Virus record (IMG/VR): IMGVR_UViG_3300025261_000058
Source of the DNA: an uncultured virus (IMG/VR IMGVR_UViG_3300025261_000058)
Taxonomy: Duplodnaviria > Heunggongvirae > Uroviricota > Caudoviricetes
Reading direction: 5' to 3' (one strand)
DNA length: 64,000 nucleotides
Shown: positions 9,365 through 18,824 of the stretch, piece by piece
Numbering within the stretch: position 1 is the stretch's first letter
Layout of the letters: each line of letters opens with the position of its first letter
Position numbers and translations under genes: made by a program
Notes under the pieces: model-generated
Told to the model about the DNA's origin: nothing
Databases searched by the model: none
What the model saw: only the letters and a program-made list of their open reading frames with translations

Positions 9365-10363
9365 TTAGTACCCGATTGCGATATAGAAAATGTTGCCACC
9401 GACGATTGCGGAAGCATTTGTTGTGTTGAAACAGTTAGCCTGTATGATGGTTCGCGTTGTATTGCTGGAAACCTGCGCGGCTCCGCCTAGCGTGTTTCCC
9501 GATTCTTGATAGTTGACGACTGCGGAAACGCACGCGGTCGGAAACGCAATTGGGAATACCGCCTGGACAAGCCCGCCCGCACCCGATACCAGAATCCCCC
9601 ACTGGATGATCAGGCCATTCGGAAGTTTTTGATAACCGCTGGCAGCGAGTGAATTTGCGAACTGGCTCAGATTCACCGCCTGATTCGCCAGAGCCGCAGG
9701 AAGCGTAGCCAGTGCGAGCGGGGAACTCGTGTTCGTCACTTGCCCCAACTGGACTGCATGCTGGGTCTGCGTAGCGGAGGCGACTTGGGACGCTCCACCG
9801 AGCGATTCGATGATGATCCAGGCGCCGTTTCCACCGTTGACGCCCGCTTGAACTAGGTACATCAGAATTGCGATGCCGACAGGCAGTTCGCCGCCCTGGA
9901 GAGGCTGCAATCCGAGGCCGTAGATCGGCTTTGCCGTCAGGCCATCGGGTGCGTACGTCGATGCGCCAGTGTTCGCATGGGCGATGCTGACGCGCTGAAC
10001 ATAGCCGGTCGAAGGGAGGGCGGTGAGTGGCGGCGTGTTCGCTGCGGCATAGGCATTCGCCGCGCCGGTATCCGCCAGGATGACCGCTTGTTTCGTTGCG
10101 TTTCTGATAGCCGCCAGAAGATTCGCCTCGAGCGTCGCAGTCGTGCCGTCATCAACGGCGTTTTGCCCCGACTGATCAACGATGAACTGCGCCAGTACCG
10201 CGGCCATGATGGACGACTGGCGCCACACCTTGTTTAACTGGTTCGACTGTGCGATACCAGCCTGAAAGCCGTTCTGTGTGACCGACGTGAGCGCCGCATA
10301 TGCGGACTGCGTGATGACGTTGGCGCTTCCGCCGACTGCAAACGGGATGAAGTCGTTCGACAT
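9365..10363 (-). CDS. Tail fibre protein
   Basis: N-terminal LNKVWRQSS baseplate anchor; C-terminal GYQKLPNGLIIQWG...FPIAFP...IAIGY. Confidence 0.88.
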   Translation of the reverse strand: MSNDFIPFAVGGSANVITQSAYAALTSVTQNGFQAGIAQSNQLNKVWRQSSIMAAVLAQFIVDQSGQNAVDDGTTATLEANLLAAIRNATKQAVILADTGAANAYAAANTPPLTALPSTGYVQRVSIAHANTGASTYAPDGLTAKPIYGLGLQPLQGGELPVGIAILMYLVQAGVNGGNGAWIIIESLGGASQVASATQTQHAVQLGQVTNTSSPLALATLPAALANQAVNLSQFANSLAASGYQKLPNGLIIQWGILVSGAGGLVQAVFPIAFPTACVSAVVNYQESGNTLGGAAQVSSNTTRTIIQANCFNTTNASAIVGGNIFYIAIGY

Positions 10364-10375
10364 TTACGATCCGAG

Positions 10376-10402
10376 AAAGAAAAAGCCGCCCGAAGGCGGC
10401 TT
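10376..10402 (-). terminator. Intrinsic terminator
   Basis: AAGCCGCC-TTCG-GGCGGCTT plus T tract. Confidence 0.75.
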
Positions 10403-10422
10403 GTCAGCGAGGGGGGGGGAGG

Positions 10423-11091
10423 TCAGGCCGGGATAACCCAGCCGCCAACATCGAATCCGGCGATGGACGCGGTTTCAACGTCCATGCCGAAAACTGGGGA
10501 GCCCGGCACACTCGGCAGGTAGTAGTTGTTAATGCCAACGCCCGCCGGACGCAGATTCAGATAGCCGCCGGTGAATAGAGCCAGCGTGACTGCATCTGGG
10601 GATGGGCCTACCAGCACGACATCCATCGTCATGTTCTGGTTGTCTTCGATCAGAATCGAATATCCAAGCGGCGAAAAGATCGTGTTCCAGGCTGTGTATG
10701 CGGTCGGAACTGTGCCGTCCCAATTGTTTGCAGCGATCGTTGCGTAAAGCAGGATTCGATACTGGTCGTCTGGCAAGGACACAAGTCCCGATGTCGGATC
10801 GAACGGCCCTAGCCAGGTGCCCTGATCGAACCCGAGTCCAGGTGTATCGAAACTGAAATAGACTCCCGTCAGTGGCAATGACAGTTTTCGAGACACGCCC
10901 ACCCATTCGCCTATCCGGTCTAGCTGCTGTCCGACCGCCGTATCTATGTCGTACAACTCAGGAATCGATGCAAGCAGGCTTCTACGGTCGACGGCCCACT
11001 GAGCGAGCAGCGATACCATCGCCATGAAACGTGGCGCGGATTGATGCTCACTCGTGATCAGCGATGTATAGTCGGTCAGTTGTGCTGTCAT
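10423..11091 (-). CDS. Baseplate wedge protein (DUF2612)
   Basis: DIDTAVGQQLD.IG.WVG..R, L.DD.YR motif; synteny. Confidence 0.85.
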   Translation of the reverse strand: MTAQLTDYTSLITSEHQSAPRFMAMVSLLAQWAVDRRSLLASIPELYDIDTAVGQQLDRIGEWVGVSRKLSLPLTGVYFSFDTPGLGFDQGTWLGPFDPTSGLVSLPDDQYRILLYATIAANNWDGTVPTAYTAWNTIFSPLGYSILIEDNQNMTMDVVLVGPSPDAVTLALFTGGYLNLRPAGVGINNYYLPSVPGSPVFGMDVETASIAGFDVGGWVIPA

Positions 11092-12521
11092 GGGAGAACG
11101 GTTACGTCAGCAGCGACGCATTGCGCGCCTTCGTTGAACGCCAGAGAAAGATCGCCGTTCACCAGCAACTGAGCGCCGGCATTTATCGTCTTACCGGTCG
11201 CAATAGCGGGCGTGAACGTGACAGCGTTCCCGGCGATGCCCGTGATGGTCGCCGTCAGTTGGGAGCCGTCCGATTGGTTGACGATGATCGATCGACCATT
11301 CGCGAGGCTTGCCACGTTTGCGACATTGATCGTGATCGCGCCGGCGTTGTACGGACCTCCCGTGACCAGCATGTCCGAACGGCCCTGATAGATGTTCGAG
11401 ATCGGCAGGTTGTACGTGTTACTCAGCGCATCGAGTTGCGCCTGTGTCAGGCCGGAACTTGACGTCGCTGCGTCGCCGGCCAGGTTCGCCGGCCCGAACA
11501 GTTTGCCGAGATACGAGTCTTGACCGATCGCGAAGCCGGACAGGTATGCGACGATTGCATTGACGATGAGCGTCTTTGTCGTCGACACATATCCGGCCAG
11601 CGGAACGATGGTGATCTGCGTCATTACCCCAACTTCCGTCATCTCGAAGAAGTTGATCGTGATGGGTACGCCCGCGGGATCGGTCACGGTGACGGACGTC
11701 GTACCGTATGTTCCGGTGCCGGGTGACTTCTTCGCCTCGACGGTCTGGGCGATGGCTGTGATGTCTCCGCCTTCTGCGACGACGGCGATCGAATGGCCGG
11801 GGATGCCGTTCGCATCGGTCGTGCCGCCCTGGTTTTCGTAGACTTCGTATCGGCCAACGCCGGAGACGTTGCCAACTGCAGCTTTGATCGCCTGCAACGG
11901 CGTCAGCGCTGACAGAGACGTCGAGGTCGATTGGCGCTTACGCAATGCAGCGTCTGTTTCGACGGGATCGCCCGGCGTGGCGGCAACAGCATTTGTCACG
12001 GTCTGCCAACCGCGCGTCGGCGTGTTGATCGTGTTGATAGCTCCGGCAATCGCCGTGATGGTCCCGGGCTGTTGTGCCGTCGCAGTGACGTCAATGGTGC
12101 CGCTGACAGGGATGGTCACAGACGCAGGCAGGTTCCACAGATTCCTGTTCGTGTCCTGTACGACGCCATTGATGATCGGCGTTCCTACCTGGCCACCGAG
12201 CGTTACGACTGCAGTGCTGTTGCTCGATGAATCTCGGCGTAGGCCATTGATCTTGACCTGGCTGGACAGCGCCGCACCTTGAGCATACGAGGGGGAGTAA
12301 CCGTTGTACGTTGTGACGTCGGCCTGATTGCCGTCGTTGATGATTTGAGCCAGAACGGCAAGCCACTGACCGTCCTGGCTATCCGGCTCGATATAGATGT
12401 CGCTGCCGTATATTGACTGGAAGCTTGCCTGTAACGACGCCAGTACGTCCGCGTAGCTCGGCGCACTGATCCCATTCTCGTCAATCGTGCAAGCCAGAGT
12501 TGCAAGCGGAAAAGTTGCCAT
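11088..12521 (-). CDS. Baseplate J/gp47-like protein
   Basis: G...ETDA.LR.R; synteny. Confidence 0.88.
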   Translation of the reverse strand: MATFPLATLACTIDENGISAPSYADVLASLQASFQSIYGSDIYIEPDSQDGQWLAVLAQIINDGNQADVTTYNGYSPSYAQGAALSSQVKINGLRRDSSSNSTAVVTLGGQVGTPIINGVVQDTNRNLWNLPASVTIPVSGTIDVTATAQQPGTITAIAGAINTINTPTRGWQTVTNAVAATPGDPVETDAALRKRQSTSTSLSALTPLQAIKAAVGNVSGVGRYEVYENQGGTTDANGIPGHSIAVVAEGGDITAIAQTVEAKKSPGTGTYGTTSVTVTDPAGVPITINFFEMTEVGVMTQITIVPLAGYVSTTKTLIVNAIVAYLSGFAIGQDSYLGKLFGPANLAGDAATSSSGLTQAQLDALSNTYNLPISNIYQGRSDMLVTGGPYNAGAITINVANVASLANGRSIIVNQSDGSQLTATITGIAGNAVTFTPAIATGKTINAGAQLLVNGDLSLAFNEGAQCVAADVTVLP

Positions 12522-12874
12522 CAGAGAGCCTGAGTAATTGTGGTCTGCCCGTACTGCGTATTAACTACCGCAGCGACTGTGAAGGTGCGCGTTCCGGGAT
12601 CGAGATGACTGGCATAGTCGACAATCTCTGTCACGCCCTGCGTCTCGAGAATTACTGCCTGGACGGCCAGATCACGTGTTGCCTGTGTGCCCGCGCCGAG
12701 GATCTCGGTGTTATATGGCGTGCCGGCCGTCTGGTCGAGGAACCATTCGCCCTGTATCAGCTTGAGACGCGTCTGGATTGCCTGCGCGACCGCTTCAGGA
12801 GAATCAACGAGGAAGTTGGCGCTGTTCTGCCCAAAGGTGTAGTCGCCGTTGGCGTCGAGGGTTCGGTATCTCAT
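12521..12874 (-). CDS. Baseplate sheath-initiator (gp25/gp46-like)
   Basis: RL....GEWFLD...G.PY. Confidence 0.8.
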   Translation of the reverse strand: MRYRTLDANGDYTFGQNSANFLVDSPEAVAQAIQTRLKLIQGEWFLDQTAGTPYNTEILGAGTQATRDLAVQAVILETQGVTEIVDYASHLDPGTRTFTVAAVVNTQYGQTTITQAL

Positions 12875-12876
12875 GC

Positions 12877-13665
12877 TTATCCACCCTTGATCGTCGATGT
12901 TAGGTGGGAGCTACTCATCTGCTGGTTCGGAACTCCGGCGCCCGACGATGCGTGCGTGTGCGAGTTGAACAGCGTCATGAACGCCGACGTCACCAGCGAC
13001 AGGAGCGATTGAGCTGAGGCGCCGAGACTAATCGAGGGTGCCGTGACCGATGCTGCCGAGCTCGCAGTCACCGAGACGTTCTGTGCGGTGATGCTGGCGT
13101 TGCCGGTGACATTGATCGTCGTGTTGCCGCCGACTGTTGCCGACCAGTTGGCGGGCGTCATGATGTCGATTTCGTGCGTCGTCGGGTTGAGTTGTAGGTA
13201 AGCCTCGCCGTCGTTGCTGCGAAGTTGCGCAGCCGTCGTGCTGATACCGCTGATCTTCGTCGCTTGCGAGAACGGCCCCGGGAGACAGAAGCCGTCCGAC
13301 AGGTCATGCATGCGAAATTCTGACTGCACCTGAACGCCGCCTGAGGAATACCATGCGTCGATGCAGCGCGAGGCGAACACGATCAGGCATTCATCGCCCG
13401 CGGCAATCGGAAAGGTCAGCGTGCATCCGCCGCCCCGCGGGAACACGACGGGGCAATCAAGAAGGAGCGGGAGCGCAGTCCATTGTGTCGAGCCGTCAGG
13501 GGCGCGCACTTGAGCCTTGATGGCCGGCTGCGCGACACATGTCACGGAGCCGGGGTCGAAGCTCTCTATAATCGCCGGCAGCGCCGTCCAGAGTTGCGCC
13601 TGATGACCATCAAGCGCCGTGCGGAGCACCTCTTGCGGGTCGTTGACGCGTTCTAACTGGAGCAT
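12877..13665 (-). CDS. Baseplate spike (Gp138 N-terminal/gpV-like)
   Basis: P...GDE.L.VF..RCID.W, R.HDLSDG, C-terminal HTH metal-binding motif. Confidence 0.85.
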   Translation of the reverse strand: MLQLERVNDPQEVLRTALDGHQAQLWTALPAIIESFDPGSVTCVAQPAIKAQVRAPDGSTQWTALPLLLDCPVVFPRGGGCTLTFPIAAGDECLIVFASRCIDAWYSSGGVQVQSEFRMHDLSDGFCLPGPFSQATKISGISTTAAQLRSNDGEAYLQLNPTTHEIDIMTPANWSATVGGNTTINVTGNASITAQNVSVTASSAASVTAPSISLGASAQSLLSLVTSAFMTLFNSHTHASSGAGVPNQQMSSSHLTSTIKGG

Positions 13666-13667
13666 TT

Positions 13668-14084
13668 ATGAAGAAAACCGTCGTTGGGGTTGCGTTAATG
13701 ACCGTGGCGGCCCTTGGCCTTGCCCAGTCTGCTGGCGACCGGCTGGGCGATGCTTTGCGCGCACCGCTTCCCGGCGCCCGAAAGCCAGACAGTCGGCTTC
13801 CCATCTATCTCAAGGCAGGGTCGCTCATCTGCGAACGATGGCAGGGGATGACGCGCGTTGCCGAGGAGGCGGCTCGAGCCGATGATTCGAGGCAGGCCAC
13901 CATCCTGCGCGACGCTGGATGCGCGATCGTCCCCGAGGATGTGGGAGTAACTCTGGTAGACATTGATCCGAAGTCGTGGGAAGGCGCAGCGCTTCGCACT
14001 TACGGGCTGACCAAGGTTTGGTGGCAGGAATCGAGCGGCATCAATGATGTTGGTTACGTCGGAACTGCCGCTCTGAGGAATTAG
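13668..14084 (+). CDS. Secreted hypothetical protein antisense to tail operon
   Basis: GGAG RBS, signal peptide MKKTVVGVALMTVAALGLA; fills the gap between two tail genes exactly. Confidence 0.7.
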   Translation: MKKTVVGVALMTVAALGLAQSAGDRLGDALRAPLPGARKPDSRLPIYLKAGSLICERWQGMTRVAEEAARADDSRQATILRDAGCAIVPEDVGVTLVDIDPKSWEGAALRTYGLTKVWWQESSGINDVGYVGTAALRN

Positions 14085-15040
14085 CCTGCCGCAGTCACCG
14101 ATTGGTTCTGATCGGCGGCCGAAACATCGACGGCGAGACAAATCATGTCGACATACCATGACTGTCCGCGGGAATCGCCTTCAAACTCTGCTTGCATGAC
14201 CCGATAGAATCCGGCCGCAGTTGTCGCAACCGCGACTGCTGCACTCTTGTACGTCAAGCCTTGTTGCTGGGTCGTGATGCTGTTAATGTCAGACTGCGCT
14301 ATTTGCACCAGGCAGCCGATGCGGATTAGCGGGTTAAGCAGAGCGCGAGCCCTGACCCCGTCTTGAGTCGCTTCAGGCACTCCGATCAAACCTGTCGTGG
14401 ATGATAGGACAACCGCCTCACCAGGCCGGTAGCCAGTGATCGGCACCAGTACGAACTGACCGTTTTGGATCGACCATCGGAAGCCATACTTGTTCGCCCA
14501 GTCTCGAGCGTAGTCTCGGCTCATCCCGAACAGAACTTTCCCGCGGGAAAGGGCCTGCGCTGTTCCGGCGGCAGATCCTGCGATCAAGCCGTTTGCGTCA
14601 TCAGCAAACTTGATCGGCGGCGTCCCGTTAGAAGAAGCAGCGCCGGTGATTGCGGTAATGACCTGTTGCGGAGTTCGGCCTGCTGCGAGGGACTGACTAA
14701 TTACCGAGAAGTTGGCCCACTCGTCACCGTCCGCCGCCCATATGTCAACGTAACTGTCGACGTTGCGCTCGCGACCTGTCGCTGTCTGCTTGATCGACCC
14801 TTGGAAGATGATCCCGAAGTTGCCGTTCTCGTATCCTGCCTGCAGTGTGATCGCATTGAACTCAGTGCCGATCTTTGCGACTGTCTGTGGCGAGAGGTTA
14901 TAGACGCGCACATACAGAGTGTTCGGCGTTTGCGCATCAGAGTTGGTCGTCCGGAACGTAAAGCGGAAGTCCGAGAGATCCAGTCCCTGCGTGCCAGTCG
15001 ACACGATCAGGCTCGCTTTGCGTCCAAACTGATTGCTCAT
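14081..15040 (-). CDS. Baseplate hub protein
   Basis: VYNLS...L.AGY...IF.G, GLIG.P, LLNP.I..G, GDSRG..WY. Confidence 0.82.
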   Translation of the reverse strand: MSNQFGRKASLIVSTGTQGLDLSDFRFTFRTTNSDAQTPNTLYVRVYNLSPQTVAKIGTEFNAITLQAGYENGNFGIIFQGSIKQTATGRERNVDSYVDIWAADGDEWANFSVISQSLAAGRTPQQVITAITGAASSNGTPPIKFADDANGLIAGSAAGTAQALSRGKVLFGMSRDYARDWANKYGFRWSIQNGQFVLVPITGYRPGEAVVLSSTTGLIGVPEATQDGVRARALLNPLIRIGCLVQIAQSDINSITTQQQGLTYKSAAVAVATTAAGFYRVMQAEFEGDSRGQSWYVDMICLAVDVSAADQNQSVTAAG

Positions 15041-15348
15041 TCTGTTATGGCGTAGAGGTGGGCGGTGGTGCCAAGCTTGTCGAACGACGGCACCGTGTCA
15101 GGAGAGTTGTCCGTCTGGGCGACGATCTTGAAGTTGAACCCCAGATGGCCGAACTGCTCGAGCAGATCAACGCCCGTCACCATCGGAATACCCGAGACGA
15201 TCGGATTTCCACTCGCGTCGGCGATGTCAATGATCCATGAAGCGTTTTGCACATTCCACTGCACATTGAACCCATACGTCGTGCCCGCCAGTGCGATGTT
15301 GAACGTCTGCGGCTCAGCCGACAATGGGATTTCGTAGTACGTCGTCAT
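15037..15348 (-). CDS. Baseplate plug-like protein
   Basis: GIP.V.GVDLL.Q motif; synteny. Confidence 0.7.
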   Translation of the reverse strand: MTTYYEIPLSAEPQTFNIALAGTTYGFNVQWNVQNASWIIDIADASGNPIVSGIPMVTGVDLLEQFGHLGFNFKIVAQTDNSPDTVPSFDKLGTTAHLYAITE

Positions 15349-16037
15349 GGCAAGGCGGAGACATTGATGTTGGGTGACGGAAGCGGGTATTTGACCCCGT
15401 AGTTTGTCGTCGCGCCGTTTTTCTCCGGATTCGCCATGTTTGATGAATCAGGAACCGTCACGGCCTGCGTCTGCGCCATCAGGATCTGGCGGCAGCCAAT
15501 GCGGATGATCGCTGAATTTTCTGTCTTCGCGTCTGTCGTGGTTGCAAGCGACTTGATCAGCATGTTCTGATAGATGCGCTTCCCGGTGTAGATCGTGAAC
15601 AGCGCGCGGTTAGCCTGCATCGACAAGAGTTGCTGATATGCGGCCTGCGACGGCGATCCTGAGCCGTTGGTGGCAAACATATCGACGATGCCGCCGATCG
15701 CCCGTGCCGTACCGATAATTGCCTGAAGTGCAGAACTGGCGTTCGCCGCAGCGCCAACTATCTGATTTCCCAGTCCCGAATTGTTTGGGCTATCTGACCA
15801 CCCTGCGGTGATCAACAATTCCGATGGGCGCTTGAACGCATGATCGGAGATCGTTGTTCCCTGCTCGACAGGGTGGTCGGTGACCTCCATGTCGTCGTTG
15901 TGCACTTCCTCGATCGTCGCGTCGGCAATGAAGAGCGATCCGGGTGACGCCTGATCCTCGAAGCCCCGCTTGGGCTTATGGGTGAGCAGCTGGATCAGAA
16001 TCTGCCCAGCCGCTGCCACATTCCCCAAAACGCTCAT
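15345..16037 (-). CDS. Tail tube initiator / Dit-like protein
   Basis: E.H......TDHPVE.G..ISDHA...P. Confidence 0.75.
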   Translation of the reverse strand: MSVLGNVAAAGQILIQLLTHKPKRGFEDQASPGSLFIADATIEEVHNDDMEVTDHPVEQGTTISDHAFKRPSELLITAGWSDSPNNSGLGNQIVGAAANASSALQAIIGTARAIGGIVDMFATNGSGSPSQAAYQQLLSMQANRALFTIYTGKRIYQNMLIKSLATTTDAKTENSAIIRIGCRQILMAQTQAVTVPDSSNMANPEKNGATTNYGVKYPLPSPNINVSALP

Positions 16038-17776
16038 CTGAATGCTCCAGCAAAGTTTCTAACCATGTCGCCGTTGACGCGGCCTTGTTCCGCACCGATA
16101 GCGCGGGCCGTGCCTTGCGGATCCGGCGAGCCAACGATATGGAACTCGTTGTGTTGCTGCATGCTGACGTTCGGGGCCGCTGACGATGAGCCGCCGAGGC
16201 GCGCTTTCTGTGCTTGATCAACTAGCGAACGGACATTGCCGTAGGCCCGTCCGTTCTCATGCTGGAAGATCGCTTGCGCGACGCCGCCCAACTGATCGCC
16301 GCTCAGATGAGCGTCTGCCGAGACGCCGAGTTTCTTTGCAACCGCGTCAATGTAGGCGGACGTGTTGTTCTCGTTGGCCGGCGCCCAGCGAGAGATGATC
16401 TTGCGTACGGAGTCATAGCCCTTGGAGACGTAGCCCTCAAGCAACTTGATAGCCGCCTTGATTCCATCCTCCATTGACGCGAATACAGCAAAGCGGCCAT
16501 CCGAGCCCGTCGCTCCCATCGACTTGGCGAAGTTTCCGTAAACGATGTTTCCAGGGTTGTTGTTTCTGATGCCGCGAGGTGCATTCGATGCCTTACTTCC
16601 AGGCAATTCGATGATTGTGCCGAATGGCTGTTGACCATCGTCGGCAGGGCCGGCAGAGCTTGACGGCGCCTTACCGCCGCGATTCGCAGCACCGTTGAAA
16701 TCGAAAGTCGTCGGATCGATCTCCCCGGCGGCCGCCTGATGCTGTTTCAGATAGTCTGCTTCGCCGGTGTTCAAATCCTCGCTGTGGAACATCAGCGCGA
16801 TAGGGCCCAGCACCTTCAGCAAACCGCCAATGGCGCCGCCAGCCGCAACCGCACCTAGTTTTCCAACGGCAGATACGAGGTTCAGTATGGCCGTCACGAG
16901 CGGCATCAACTGGATTGCAGCCAATCCGATCAGAATGCCTTTCAGGCCGCCGAGCGCGTGATAGACAGAGGCGAAGTCGTCTCCGACCTTCTTCCAGTCG
17001 ACGCTCTTAATCCAGTCGGCCAGGCTCTGGACTGCATCAGCGATGTTCTGCGCGACTTCGCCGGCATGGTTTTCAGCGAAGCGTTCGAACTCATTGACTA
17101 GCGGCGTGAGCACCGGCGCCAGTTTCGACTCAATGACGATCCACACGTCGTTGAACGTGTCCTTGACCGCGCGGATCGAATTATTGAAGTCCTTTCCAGC
17201 TTCGGCTGCCTGATCCGGATCAATACCGAACGCGGCGAGCTTGCTGGCGTATTTCTTTTTCTCGTCTTCCAACTTCGGAAGACCATTTTCGAGCATCAGC
17301 AGCGTGTCGGGATCAATTCCGAACAACTGGGCGTAGGCGGCAGCGACATACGGCTGCATGCCCTTCATCTTCTCGATGAAGCCGGTGAATCGTTCCGCCG
17401 GGTCGCCACCCTTGACGCCAAGCGAGTCGAGCAGCCCGCCCGAGCCGGGGTTGAGGCGAAGCGTGCGGGCGAAGCCTTCCAGAGCACCTTGCGCCTGGTC
17501 TGCAGTCAGGCCAATCTGGCCGGCCGCATACCGCAGCGCCATGATGTTCCCAACGGTCGCTCCGGTGCGCTGTGACGCATAGTAAAGATTCTCCATCTGA
17601 CTGGAGATGATCTTTACGCCGGCGACTACACCGGCCGCGGCCGCCGCGACTTCTACGCCGACTTTCATGACCGACTTGGTGACGCCCTCGACCGACGTCG
17701 TGAACTTCTTCATCGCGGTCTCGTCCACCTGGAATCCAAGTGAGACGAGGAACTCGCGCAACACGTTATCGCTCAT
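16034..17776 (-). CDS. Tape measure protein with lysozyme-like domain
   Basis: EFLVSLGF start, helical Ala-rich body, RGIRNNNPGNI...RWAP..EN.T..Y. Confidence 0.85.
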   Translation of the reverse strand: MSDNVLREFLVSLGFQVDETAMKKFTTSVEGVTKSVMKVGVEVAAAAAGVVAGVKIISSQMENLYYASQRTGATVGNIMALRYAAGQIGLTADQAQGALEGFARTLRLNPGSGGLLDSLGVKGGDPAERFTGFIEKMKGMQPYVAAAYAQLFGIDPDTLLMLENGLPKLEDEKKKYASKLAAFGIDPDQAAEAGKDFNNSIRAVKDTFNDVWIVIESKLAPVLTPLVNEFERFAENHAGEVAQNIADAVQSLADWIKSVDWKKVGDDFASVYHALGGLKGILIGLAAIQLMPLVTAILNLVSAVGKLGAVAAGGAIGGLLKVLGPIALMFHSEDLNTGEADYLKQHQAAAGEIDPTTFDFNGAANRGGKAPSSSAGPADDGQQPFGTIIELPGSKASNAPRGIRNNNPGNIVYGNFAKSMGATGSDGRFAVFASMEDGIKAAIKLLEGYVSKGYDSVRKIISRWAPANENNTSAYIDAVAKKLGVSADAHLSGDQLGGVAQAIFQHENGRAYGNVRSLVDQAQKARLGGSSSAAPNVSMQQHNEFHIVGSPDPQGTARAIGAEQGRVNGDMVRNFAGAFR

Positions 17777-18365
17777 CGATTGCTCTCCGCGTGCCGTCTG
17801 AGTATTTCTTCGTTAGCGGCTCGCACATCGAGCGCGTCATTGAGGAGGGCGACATCTTCAAGGCCCAACGTCCCATCAATCAGGGACTCATATTTGCAAA
17901 GCCCGTCCATGACGGGTCTAAGGAGCCAGTCCTCCCCGTCGGGCAGCGACAGCAGCGTGACGTTCGCCGTTTGACTGCCGGTTATGCCGCTGCCGCGCCG
18001 GGAAAAAAACCCGACAGATTCTGCTGGATCACCTTTACAGCAAGCTGGATCATCTGGCCCATGTCGATGTCCTCGAACATCAGGCCGCCACCGCGGGCAA
18101 TGACCGGCGCACCTTGGCCATTCGGTTGCAGACGCTGGCAGACGCCGAGGCACACGTCTAGCACGTAGTCGACATCCTCATCCGACATGCCGGACAGCGC
18201 ATCGGTGAGCGGGCCGATGAATGCCGCAAAGCCCGCAGCCTTGTCCGGAATGCCACTCATGCCCGCAAGCAGCGGAGCGAGGCGCCGTGCCACGTGGAAC
18301 TGCTTGCGTGCGTCGATGCGGCCAATCCGATACTTCTGGCCGCCGACTTCTACGATGTCAGTCAT
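17773..18365 (-). CDS. Tail assembly chaperone pair (17982-18365 plus -1 frameshift extension to 17773)
   Basis: G GGT TTT slippery site at 18006-18012; downstream ORF is in the -1 frame. Confidence 0.8.
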
Positions 18366-18368
18366 TCA

Positions 18369-18812
18369 TTACACCCCGATTGACAGCGCCGGATCCATCA
18401 CGCCGATGTCGAAAACCCATTCGATCGTGCCTGCTTCCATCGCAAAGGTGTTGTTGGGGAACTTGCTGAACGCGACCTGCTGACAGGAATACTGCTCACC
18501 GCGCACGATGTCTGAGCCAGCCAGGACGTTTTGCGCCCAGTTGGCCGACGACGTGCGCTGGAAGTTGTACATCGCCGAAAGTTTGCCATTCGTAGGCGAT
18601 GTCTTCAGAAGTCTCACGGTCGCCTTGCCGCCCTTGCCGGGGTTCAGGCTATGCATCACCGTCCCGTCCGCGCCAATGACCATCGTGTTGGCGTTCTCGA
18701 CGAATTCGAAGGTCACGCCTTCTTTCGCATCGCCAGCGCCATCTCCCAAGGTGATCGAGCCGCCCGGGCCCGTGAGAGTCAGGGCAAAGTCCTGAAACGA
18801 ATAAGTGCTCAT
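18369..18812 (-). CDS. Tail tube protein (DUF3277)
   Basis: TYSF.D, GADG, LL.TSP.N. Confidence 0.85.
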   Translation of the reverse strand: MSTYSFQDFALTLTGPGGSITLGDGAGDAKEGVTFEFVENANTMVIGADGTVMHSLNPGKGGKATVRLLKTSPTNGKLSAMYNFQRTSSANWAQNVLAGSDIVRGEQYSCQQVAFSKFPNNTFAMEAGTIEWVFDIGVMDPALSIGV

Positions 18813-18824
18813 GTGTTTTCTCGC

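Noticed and set aside
8940..10363. DGR or invertible tail-fibre system
   Set aside because: No reverse transcriptase, TR/VR pair, invertase or second fibre tip
10411..10419. G9 homopolymer as phase-variation switch
   Set aside because: Intergenic between a stop codon and a terminator; no frame or promoter spacing affected
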